Origin: Bugula neritina
Lineage: Eukaryota; Animalia; Bryozoa
Assembly: GCA_964035545.1 (NCBI GenBank)
Contig: OZ037767.1
Location: forward strand, 4,418,707 to 4,482,706
Direction of reading: 5' to 3'
Length of the DNA: 64,000 nt
The notes beneath the pieces are model-generated. The model made no database searches, was not told the origin of the DNA, and saw only the letters and a program-made list of their open reading frames with translations. The position numbers and the translations under genes are program-made. Positions 41,601 to 52,354 of the stretch are shown piece by piece. Numbering within the stretch: the first letter of the stretch is position 1; each line of letters starts with the position of its first letter.

Positions 41601-44600
41601 TACAGGGATCTTCTCTCTGAGTACAAGAACGTTAAAACGGAATACAATCAGTTGAAGCTGAAGCACACAGAGCTCAATGGTGACATGGCCGATTGTAGAG
41701 ATCAACTCAATAAACTAGATATACAGAACGCTAAACTAGTCAACAAGTGTGAGGTAACCTCGTAGCAGACGTGCGGTAATACTATAATTGTGTTTATGTG
41801 GTAACACTATAGAAAACATGTACTCATATGATAACCAGTCACATCATAATCTGTGGAAATTTCGCTGTCACAATTTTTATGTCACAGTTTATGTCTCACA
41901 GTTTGTGTGTCACAGTTTATGTGTCACAGTTTATGTGTCACAGTTTCCCTGTTACAACTCATGTTACGTCATGCTACAGGCCCTGGAGAGACAGAACACA
42001 AAGCTGGAAGATGAGAATAAGCAGCTGCTGTTCCAGCTACAGGCTCTGCTCCAGCAGAACCAGGAGCTCCTCAGTCAGACCCTCGAGACGTCTGAACACT
42101 TCCGGGAGGAAGAGAGCATCTACAGAGACAAACTCGCTCATGTCACTCGTGCCAAAGAGAAACTCGAGGAGAAAATTATGGATCAGTATAAGAATTTAGA
42201 GAGATCAAATAAAAAGTTAGTTAGAGTGTTGTAATAGAATAGCATTGTATATTAGTATAAGTATTAATATTCCTTTAAATTTGTTTCTAAATGTTCTCTA
42301 ATGACTTGAGAATCTGAAATTACCTTTAACATTACCAACAGGCTATTAATTAATAGGTGGTTGCTGAACCTGTTTACTTTTGTATTTTTTTATTGTAACT
42401 TGATAGCATTTTGGTTTAATTACAGGAAAGGCATAGGGGCTGTGTTAGTGAAGAAAGCTAAGGGGTTTATTAACAAGGTGAGTCGCTGTCCCCTTCTCAG
42501 TGTCCCCCCCCCCCCTTACAAGTGCCTACCACCCCTACCAAATGCTGCCTCAAACTGCTAGTGTGTAGTATACAAACTCCAGCCCCTGATCTCTATGCTA
42601 GTTGTTCTACGCAGTAGATAATCTCCATACATGTGTGTTTGATATTTAGAGGTCTAGAGACGCTGCCCGGCGGCAGACTATCGCTGGTATCAACTACGTC
42701 AGCGGTACTAGCGAGTCTATCGGCCAATCAGCAGCCAGCAAATCATGTGCTCAATGCAATAGCTGCAGTAAAGTGCCGCAGGTATACGAATAAAGTAACT
42801 CGCATGCGCAGCATTTTGTTGGCTTGAACTTTTCACATGGGCTATGACTAGTACTAAGAGTCGCGCTCTCTCTGTCTGTCGCTCTGCTTTCTGTCGCCTC
42901 ATTGTGCTAGGAAGATAACCTCCTATCAGCTGTGTGTGTATCAGTTCTATTAAGTATTATCTCCCTCCTGTCTACTGTATAATCCCAGTATACTCCTATG
43001 TATTGTATAATCCCACTATATTCCTATATACTGTATAATCCCAACAAGCTCCTGTCTACTGTATAATCCCAACAAACTCCTATGTACTGTATAATCCCAA
43101 CAAACTCCTATGTACTGAATAATCCAAATAAACTTTTATGTACTGTATAATCCCAACAAACTCCTGTCTTGTTTACTCTCCCCTCTCGTTGTCTCACCCT
43201 CCGACTCTAACATAACTCAGTCTACTTACATGCTGGACACTCATGTTCAATTATACAGTTCTGTTTCAACTGTGAATACTGGTAGAGTTGTAAGTTTCTT
43301 ACTTTGGGGCATTTCCTGTTGTAAATTGCTCTTGTTTGATGCGTTTATTAGGATGATTCGGATGGTCAGCCATCAGCCAATTACTTTCGTCCTGTCAGCG
43401 CCACGGATGTAATGGTAATATTTCCTGTAGCTGTTGTAGTGTCTTCTTTTATTAACATTGTGTTAGATGCACTTTCTGTTTACTTCGTGTAGAGGAAATG
43501 TGCAGCAAGCTGTGTGCTTTGCAGTGTGTGTATTGCACGCCGGCTAGTTGACTTGTGTAGATGTCCTTGACCTAGCCTGTGTTACGCATACTCGTATGTT
43601 ATACACAGCCTAGCCTGTGTTACACAGGCTACTATGTGTAGCACAAGGTTTAGTGTAATAGACAGTGTGGAGGCTAGCTAATAGAACTAGGCTCTTCTGT
43701 TAGTAATATAGGTTCATGTATATCTCTCATAACTTGATACTCTCTTTACATACAAAGAAATAAGGAGTGGCACAGCAATAGAAATACAATATCATTAATT
43801 TATTTGAAAATATGAAATAAATTGACTCAGTAATGATTTCAACTTATAAAGAATTTTTTTTCTTATAACATTTTAATTAAGTTGTTCACTAACTGTAGTC
43901 AATCTGCTAGTAGTTTGTTACTAACTAGTCATACTGCTAGTAGTTAGTTACTAACTAGTCATACTGCTAGTAATTAGTTACTAACTAATTATACAGCTAG
44001 TAGTTAGTTACTAACTAGTTATACTGCTAGTAGTTTGTTACTAACTAGTCATACTGCTAGTAGTTTATTACTAACTAGTTATACTGCTAGTAGTTTGTTA
44101 CTAACTAGTTATACTGCTAGTAGTTAGTTACTAACTAGTTATACTGCTAGTAGTTTGTTACTAACTATAATCACACATATGAAGTCAATAAATCAGTTTG
44201 AGCTTCACTCACCTCGTGGTTGGATTGTTTGATTGAAGTGGAAGTTTTCTCTCTCTACTGGCAGTATTATGCACTAATCGTTTAGTTTTATGTTTTCTTG
44301 TTTTCTTATTGTTTTGATCTTTTTGAGTGATTATTTTAGTTTTTGTAGAGATGGTAATATTTCTTGCTAGTTTTGCTGATCAGTATAAAAATGGTACACA
44401 ATTCCTTAGTCCATCGAATGCATAGCTTTGCCTACAATTCTTCTCAACTGTATTTCTCATTACAATAGCTACCAAATTGGTAATTTTCTTCTCATGTAAT
44501 TTTAGAAAAATTCCGAGGGTAAATTGATGTCTAGAAAGGATCTGACTAAGAGTCAACTGGACTTGGTCTATGGCTCTGAGAGTGTTGAAGACTCCCGTAG

Positions 44601-47600
44601 CCTCAGTGGTGTAAGCATAGGGAGCAAGGGAAGTAGTAGGGGCAGCGAAGACATAGCCACTGGTCCTTCAGATGTTACTCTGAGCAAGAGCAACAAAGGT
44701 GAGTCGCATATCTGGCAGCAGTTTTGATTACCACTGTTCTATGATGCATGTCACGTGACCTACTGTTTGCACGTATACCTGGTGGATGGTGTTGTACTCC
44801 CACCTGCAATATTTATACTCCTATGTTATAGTAAACAATGAAAGACATCTCCAAGGTTTGTAAAAGGCTCATCTTCCTGTCCACCTGGACACAGTATGCT
44901 TCCAAGTGCTTCCTTTATGTTCTCTCTGTACCACCCTACGCCAATTTATTTGTTTTATACTTTTGCACTCTGTATGGGTATTGGCGGAGTCTAACTGTCT
45001 GTGTTATGTATTATGTTATAATCCAACTTGTTAGCTTACTGCTACTATGGAATGCCACCGGTTTTACTTTGGTCTGTCTGTCTGTCTGTCTCCTGCTGCA
45101 TGGTGCTTTGCCTGTTTTTAGTGAGACTTAGACGAAGTCGCGTCAAAGCTCAAAGTATTGAAAATCTGTTTGACTGTCAGTCAGCAGGCGTAGTGCAGAA
45201 GGATGAGCCCGTCTCGGCTTTTCACACTCCGCACACCAAACGCCTGTCGTCAGATATCCGTCCAGAATCTAATAAAAGCACGTTATATAATTCTGCTGTC
45301 AGTCACCATTTATCAAGTGATCACAGGAAAATAGCTGTGTCCACCACAGCACTAAATGTGTCGGGGTCGGTTGGACCGCTGCGAGGTGAGAGTCAGGTTT
45401 AGCTACTATCTCACTGTATTGTGGTTTGATAACGTGGCACCCCCCCCCCTGCTACATTCATTTTAGCCGTGAATATCAGTCATCAGTGAACGTCCTTCAA
45501 TGCTGTTAACAGATTCATTATCTGTTAAGAAAAAAAGAATTTTTGTTGTTGGTCATTTTACAGTTCATTCTTTTCATGTAATAAAAATTAAATTAAGTTT
45601 CATTTAGTACCTGGGCCATGAACCTCCCTCCAACTTTGGGGTTTTAACATCTGATTTAGTTGAGAGTTGAAATATTTATTTAGTGCTTGAAATATTTACC
45701 TGATAGTTTTACTTCCTGTCTAAGCATTGTGATAGGTTAGGTAACTGAGACTTTAGGAACTGCTCTGTACTAACCAATCCACTGTTGCCTTTAAACAACT
45801 AATTTCTGGTGGTGTTGTTTGTAATGAAATAAAGACTGTATATAAGACGCATCTAGCAGTCTGAAACAGAAAGTAAATGATTTATAATTTCTCTAACCTA
45901 TTAACAGAGGTGTCGTTAGTCATTCCAGTAGATGAGCTGTACAAGGAAAATGGTAATGTATATTGTATATGTGTAGTTGTCCACCCTTGCCCCTTGTCTG
46001 TATGCACCCTTCTATCTGTCTGTATAGCACTGCTCACTACTTTTACACTGTTATGTTTGTTTCTTTGTCTTCCCATTAACAAAGTAGTTTCTTCTTTTCA
46101 ACGCATACTAACTATGATGTTTTATTCTATGCTGTGTATGAATTATGTACATGTTCAGTTTTATGTATAATTTGATATTATCATGTCACTTACCCTAATT
46201 TATACTAAACTTTAAGTATTGCTAGAAGAATTTCTAAGCTTTCATATGAATGATCTGAAACCTTGCTAGAAGGTATATCCAGGCATATGCTCTTGTCACT
46301 CAAGCTAAACTAGTCGGCTGAAATTATACCATTTCTTTTCTAAATTTTTTTTCATTTCTATTTTCCGAGCACAGTTTTTAGCTTTAGCATACTTGGTGTC
46401 ATAATTCACTGTGCGTGTAACTGAAGCACTCGGTGACATCAGAAGTCTGTGTTTGCAGGCGCCAGATCTTCAGACGACCTTCTCAGTTCACAGAATGACT
46501 CATCAGTATCCTCTCCAATGTCTTCTAACCGCTCTGATAGGATAGACAACTCCTACAAATCTAGCCAAAGTATGTTTCCTTCAACCAATAATACAATTAC
46601 TACCAAGTAATAAACATATGTATAATAATGTATAGTCATCCTTTGAGCTTAAGCAGCCTTGGTTTAATAGTTGGAGACGTTGATCTAGTGTTACAGGGAG
46701 AGGAATCAAACACCAGCAAGGTCAGGGGGGAGGAGAATCTGCCCATAGTTATTTACATGTTACATTATAAGCCCTCAAGCTATGCTGCCAACATGGTTTG
46801 AGGCAAAGTTTATGGACAGCTTAACAATTTTTACCACAATGGCTTTCACAGGGTTTGTGAGTGCAACATGAGTTTATTTAGTTTCTCTGGCGTTGTATTT
46901 AAAATAAAATGATCGGCGGTGAGTCAGTCAAATGGACGTATGCATAAAGTGGCAGTCTTTATCCTCACTTCTCGGACTAGACAGCTTATAAGCTGCCTGA
47001 CTGTTCATCACTTCTTACAATCACGTTCTCTCTGTTTGGTAGAAAATGGTGGAATTTTTTTTCACCATCAGCCGCTCTCCCAGCGTTCGTCGACTGGTGA
47101 GAGACGGAGACAGATGTGGTTATACGACTACGCAGGCGACTCAGATGATGGTAAATTCTGTAGCCTGAAATCCGCTCACCCTCGTCTGCTTCTTGTGGGC
47201 TCCCTTCATAGCCACACATCTACCTGTCTTACTAATTCTCTGTACATGACAAGACAACTTGCATGATCTCCCTTAACATTGTTACCTAATGTCAACATAA
47301 CCTTTACTTGTAAAAACTTTTTTTAATTTAAATTTTATCTCTCAAGAAACCAAGAATTAGTTCTGTGTAAAACTCAGGGTTGTAGTTAAACTTTCTTCAC
47401 AGGGGTTTTCTCACATTCCAGTGGATATGACTAACTGTTACTATATCGCATCATAACAACATCCTACTATATATTATAATACATATATCCAACACATACT
47501 AGCACTCCTTCTGTTACCTGCTATGCATGATGTTCAGCTTCAGGTGTCGGTTGTTTTGTGTTGAGCTGTAGCTCTACAGGTTTAATGGGAGCAACATGGG

Positions 47601-50600
47601 CTAGGAATGCTATTATTCTGTCACACTTGCTAAGCAACACTTCGTACTACCACGGTTAATACTGACAAGCAGTGAATTTGTGTCTTTTCTTGTATATCTG
47701 AAGGATTTTCTTTATTTTTCTCGTTTGTATAGATGGCCGTTCCCTCCTTTCAAACAGAAGCAGTGAAGACCAGTTCCCTACCAAAGACTGTGATGATCTT
47801 TTACCTACCAAAGATGTCGGCTTTCGAAACAGCGAGTCTCTGAAATCTTCAGCCAGTAGCAACAGGTGAGTCTCATGGCTCCACCTCTTAACATCTCTCA
47901 ACATCTCTCTCATCTCTACCTCTTCACATCTCAGTCTATTTCTCTCAATACCATCTCATCAGTCTGTATTTGGGGGTTATTGTACAAACCTGTGAAGTCA
48001 TGAGTAGCAGATCTAATATTGAGTTCTACCAAAGCTTTCTAAATGAGGATGTTGAGGCAACATCTCAGACAGTATAGGTTAGTCACGTGGATCTTAGTCT
48101 ATACTTTATGAAAAGGCAAAGATTAAGCAAGAGACTTACAGTAGTATTTTGGTGATAACTTGTATAGTATCTTTAAGTATGTTGCTTTTGTGAAGCAGAA
48201 ATTGTTACAATCAGCCAGCAATTTCCTATTCAGTTATTAAAGGGATGCATCTTTAGTATTTTATTATAGAATAGTCGTATTGGTTGTCTTCCTGTTGTAG
48301 CCTTTTCTACACTCCTCCATCTACGTCTACACGTCGTACTAACAGTTCCAACAGTATGATGGACAGAATACCCACTGAAGAGCGACATTCTATAGGAGAG
48401 ACTCATGCAGAAAGTGTAGACGTACCCAACTCTTCCAGATCTCGGGTACTTGCGCTATAATATGTTACTACTCCTGCTGTATATTACTTTCACTTCTAGA
48501 CCTTTCTGTTATTCATATGTAATTCTTGTGTTTACCTTTACATGGCGTTGATATATAACACAAAAATTGCTGTATTTGTTAATGTTGTATTATTGTATTA
48601 TGATATGATTTTATTACATTTTGATATTATATTATTGTATTATATTATGTTATTATATATTTTCAGATCTCCCCTTCGTCAACATCTCTATCACTGTGTG
48701 GAATTAATGCTAATAACCACTCAACTAACAATTTATTACCATCGTGTATCTGTATTGTATTCCTGTATACTCATGCTGCTTTCATTATAGACTGAGGTTT
48801 CACAACGGTTAGCAAGAGGAGATTACAGTGTTGCTTCTCCTAAACCTGACCTGGTCATGGGAACAGAGAACTCTCCTAGAGGTCTCGTGTATTATGATAA
48901 TCCTCAGTCATCCAGGCATCCACCAAACAGTAAGGAGATAGTGTTGCTTGTACTTCTTTTTACTTCAGAATTGAATATTTTTATGAATACTTTACTTTTC
49001 ACATCATACCGGAGAGCTCAATGTATGAAGTGTATTAGTTCGGGTATTTGACGAATGATAGAGATTAACAGCCATTGCTTTTTCTGCAGTCTTGCTTCTA
49101 TTTCTCAGTTATGTACATAAGAAAAATGGCCAAAGGCAATATGAACTGTTGGAATTGCTCTAATTTTGTACCATTCCGAGTTATTGTGATTTCAGCTTAT
49201 AAATGAAATTTTAATGCATTGAAAGATATTCAACTGAACTAATAATGTGAACGTTTTGTCGTCTTTTAAAACATTTGACAACAAAGTGTAAAATCATGTC
49301 TTAATTCTAGTGTTTTCTTTCTGTTTATAGGTTTAATTTTACTCTTCAGAATGCAACTGTCTCCTACAAGTCCAAAATATTTTCTCTACCACGTTTTACT
49401 CTGTTCAAGCTGTTTCCATTATAATATTGAAATGTCTGATTGTTATAGTTTCAGGACCAGTCACCTCTTCACCAAAATATAGCGGGAACCACGAGTACCC
49501 GCCCCACCTCCAGACATCGAGAAGTCACCCTAGTAACATGTACGCTTCCTTAGACAGGTGAGTCAAGTTTATGGTAATGTACAGCTGCTCCGTACACAAT
49601 ACATGAGTTGATACAGCTCTCACCTCGGCTAGCTTGTATCTGCACAGCGGCTTCAACATCACCTTAAGTTAACCATGACAGCTGCCACTATAGCACTGAG
49701 AGTGTAAGATCACATGACCTTGTAAAATACTATGCGGCCTTTCAAAGGTCACACGGCATCTTTTCAGTCATCTCAAAACTCGCGTGTCTGGGCCTTTGTT
49801 TTATTTAATGATTATGATAGAGATTAGCTTTTGGGTTCAGTTTGTTCAAATCCCGAAACTAAACCCAAACATTTTAAGCAAAAAAGTTTGACGTGATTGA
49901 AAAGAGTCGTCTCCTCTCAATAATCCTGAGCTTCACGTTGTGCACTTTTAATATGCTTTTTTACATTGAACTGACAGAGCTGTACAGAGACAGAGGTAAG
50001 CTTCTTCTTTGCATGTCCACCTTTCGGTGAATAACACACACTCCTGTCTCTAATAATAATCTCCCTATTCTCCAGGTTTTTACAATAGTCTCTTCTGATT
50101 CACACCGTTTCACAATTCCTCAAAATATGTATCACTTCTTGTCATTGGGATTTCCCACTAAGACTCGAAGTTGTGCACCCTTCAACACCTCCATGTTGTC
50201 AATACTCACTAACCCGTGTTACTGAGTAGCGCTAAAAGTGTAACTGGATTTCTCAGAGTAAACTGTAGTCTCAGCTCTAAAACTTTTCATGTTGTTTAAA
50301 CTATCACTGGGCTAACTTTATTAGGCAACAGGTATACGAAAGCATATTACTGTATGTTCCTGAATCTCTCACTATTTTATACCATTTGCTGAACATAAAG
50401 TCAAGGTCATGTCTTCAAATATAATCTAAACCACAATTTCTTTGGTTTCTACCATCAATATTTACTGCTTTAATATCTTAAAAGGTTTTAAGTTAGAAAT
50501 TTAATTCTGTAAATAGAATAAAAGAACTACAGTCGTTAGGCTCATCATAGTACTTGTAATAATCTGTGCTACCATATCACTGACTCCACATGTTTTCCAT

Positions 50601-51450
50601 TAGACGGAGACGTAATAATACTTCCAAAACAGTCGGTAGGGGCGAGAGTGAAATGCTCTAATAAAAAGGTAAACTTGTGCGGGTATGCTCCTCGGGCTAT
50701 GCTCCCCTGGTGGGGTGCGCGCCCCTAGCTGTGCCCCCCTGGTGGGGTGTGCACCCCTGGCTATGTTTCAGCATTTGCTGCATGCTCACCTTTTGCTTGC
50801 AATCAGCTAAACTACGAGCATAATGGGAGTTATCTCAACTTGGTGCAGTACTCGTGTAAATTAACTTTTGGGTATGGAAAAAGCTACAATGTCTGCTAAT
50901 TTTCATGTCATATCAAGTATTAACAGATGCTTTGGTCTACTCTTCCCTTATCCTAACCAGCATGGTGGTACGGTGTAGTCGTGGGGAGATAAGTCTATTC
51001 AGTTGTTAACCTACTTATAATAATGTATTACTATCACAGTGATGGTTGAATCCCCACATGATTTGCCAATATCCTAAGTTGGTGTATTTACCAGCACCAC
51101 GTCCCTCACCTGTGTTTCTTCCTGGTCTGCTTGCCATAGAAGTGATCCTCCTGAATGATGACATGCTTTTTCTCTCACTGCAATCTGTGTGAAATCAAAA
51201 CATTAACATGTGTTTTCAGAAAGAAAGTTTAGTTGAATCACATACACTGTGTGCTTGTAGCCAATTGGACAGAAAACCTAAAGAAAGGCTAGACTTCTAC
51301 AAGAGGAGGGGGCCCGCTCCCCCGCCCCCTACAGGATTCTATAGTACACGCTACTCGGGTGTCAAATCTGTGCAGCCAAGTAACAATATTAGTCAAGTTG
51401 CCACGTCTGCGGAGAGCAATGCAGAGTGGCTGGAGTATGGCTGTGTGTAG
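20670..51450 (+). CDS. CCDC88A/C: Girdin/Daple (CCDC88A/C) orthologue: HOOK N-terminal domain, long coiled coil, disordered tail, C-terminal PDZ-binding motif. Exons 20670-20732, 21345-21460, 23610-23724, 24469-24538, 25495-25640, 27401-27529, 28022-28179, 29456-29537, 30082-30240, 30925-31024, 31814-31983, 33086-33280, 34362-34499, 34940-35170, 35487-35789, 36074-36217, 36988-37220, 37389-37548, 38036-38163, 38430-38603, 39289-39397, 39683-39838, 40176-40415, 41094-41348, 41589-41753, 41980-42215, 42426-42477, 42650-42781, 43352-43408, 44506-44698, 45122-45385, 45908-45952, 46459-46569, 47043-47150, 47733-47865, 48301-48445, 48791-48929, 49449-49557, 51261-51450
   Basis: Phase-consistent GT-AG chain with family hallmarks SPLVAW, LLILGCAIQCERKEFFIQQI, HHIMVELAEEKAKVRRLR, YRDELD..KEKA.KVDKLE, ELREDNKILIETKVMLEDQL, LRLELENQ.L, NAQLQVENTTLQSQ, KEKLEEKIMDQYK and terminal EWLEYGCV*. 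Exons after 42477 rest on splice signals and frame only and are less certain. Confidence 0.93.
24183..24416 (+). repeat. Intronic minisatellite, 26-bp unit TAACTGTATAGTAAGTACAGAGTTAG x9, ending 52 nt before exon 24469
   Basis: Nine perfect tandem copies. Confidence 0.95.
29931..30040 (+). repeat. Intronic minisatellite, 20-bp unit TGTAGAAGTAAGCAGTGGTG x5.5, about 40 nt before exon 30082
   Basis: Direct inspection. Confidence 0.95.
31041..31273 (+). repeat. Intronic minisatellite, 20-bp unit AGTATAGAGTACTACTAGTC x~11.5, starting 16 nt after donor 31024
   Basis: Direct inspection. Confidence 0.95.
33275..34042 (+). repeat. Splice-donor-spanning minisatellite, 31-bp unit TCTAAA|GTAAGTTCTAGACTAGTGTGGAGTA x25
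   Basis: The first copy overlaps the last 6 nt of exon 33086-33280; 25 AAA|GTAAG occurrences counted. Confidence 0.95.
36858..36990 (+). repeat. 58-bp tandem duplication ending at acceptor 36987
   Basis: TGTACCTAGATTGGCTGTAGTAGTATTAACCTGAACTAGTAC.TTGCCTGGTGTTGAC occurs twice; the junction sequence GACTGTAG|TTG also occurs at 36858. Confidence 0.9.
38589..38976 (+). repeat. Splice-donor-spanning minisatellite, variable ~21-28-bp unit (TGTCATATNTAGACAG|GTAG..), about 17 copies
   Basis: The first copy is the exon end GTCATATTTAGACAG|GTAG at 38603. Confidence 0.92.
39548..39682 (+). repeat. Acceptor-abutting minisatellite, 27-bp unit TACTAGAGTTGTCTACTCTGTATCAGG x~4.7
   Basis: The last, variant copy forms the real polypyrimidine tract and AG of exon 39683. 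Confidence 0.92.
40421..40712 (+). repeat. Intronic minisatellite, 20-bp unit ACCTAGTTACTGTCTATATG x~14.5, starting 5 nt after donor 40415
   Basis: Direct inspection. Confidence 0.95.
41866..41947 (+). repeat. Intronic 14-bp repeat (GTCACAGTTTATGT) x~5.5 shortly before acceptor 41979
   Basis: Direct inspection. Confidence 0.85.
42964..43168 (+). repeat. Intronic 28-bp minisatellite (CTCCTATGTACTGTATAATCCCAACAAA) x~7
   Basis: Imperfect tandem copies. Confidence 0.88.
43887..44168 (+). repeat. Intronic 30-bp minisatellite (CTAACTAGTTATACTGCTAGTAGTTTGTTA) x~9.5, each copy carrying TACTAAC
   Basis: TACTAAC at 43919 and every 30 nt to 44159. Confidence 0.95.
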
Positions 51451-52354
51451 CACATCTAATGCTCTGGTAGTTGTCTGCTCTGTCACCGCTCAAAGATCTC
51501 TAAACTGATTCTGTATTATTATAGACACTAAGTTATGATTCGTCCATTTTCTACATGTTTTGCTAGTGACAGATGTACATAAGTGTGGTTGTAGTAGATC
51601 ACACTAGTTGGTCACCCGCTCCACTACTATGTCTTGCTGTCGAAATACTTATACTGACTATTGTATTGTTTTACAAGTTTACTTTATTGGCTACAGAATT
51701 CACACTGTCTTCTGTTCACCTTATGAATTGTATTAGCTTATCATATGTGGGATTGAATCTTTTGACATGTATTTTATTTATGAATCTAGTATTACTTGGT
51801 GAGATTTTATACTGGCTAGTAAACATTATTTTTGAAGCTAGAGAGTGGGGCTCTGTTTGATATACATATATATCTTATACTTGCCTTTTCTGTAGCAAGC
51901 TAATCAGTGGCACACCGTATTTTTGTAGAAAACTGAAGTTTTTCTAGCCTTTCTTTATTTGTGTTGGTGAAGCAAATATTGCCTTTAGTAGTTTACTCCT
52001 TGCATGTTTCTTGTGCTCAATTTCTCATCTATTCCCCACATGTCTACTGTGAATATGAATACCCTTTGCTGTACATTCTTATTGCTATACTGTTTTTTAA
52101 GAAGATACACTAAATATATTTCTCTATCACTTATACCACTGGCATGTCTGTGTCATACACTTTCTAGAGTGTAAAGCTGCGTGTTGTTAGTTTCAGAGCA
52201 TATTACAGAATAATAAAAATCAATATCAGCAGTCTTGTCTATCGAGTCATAAGGTAACCTTATTTCTACGAATCTACGCGAGACAAGAGCTGAAAACTTG
52301 GTTTCTCTCTTAGTTTCTCGAGTTACATATTGCAACCAAGTGCTTATTAGTTCT

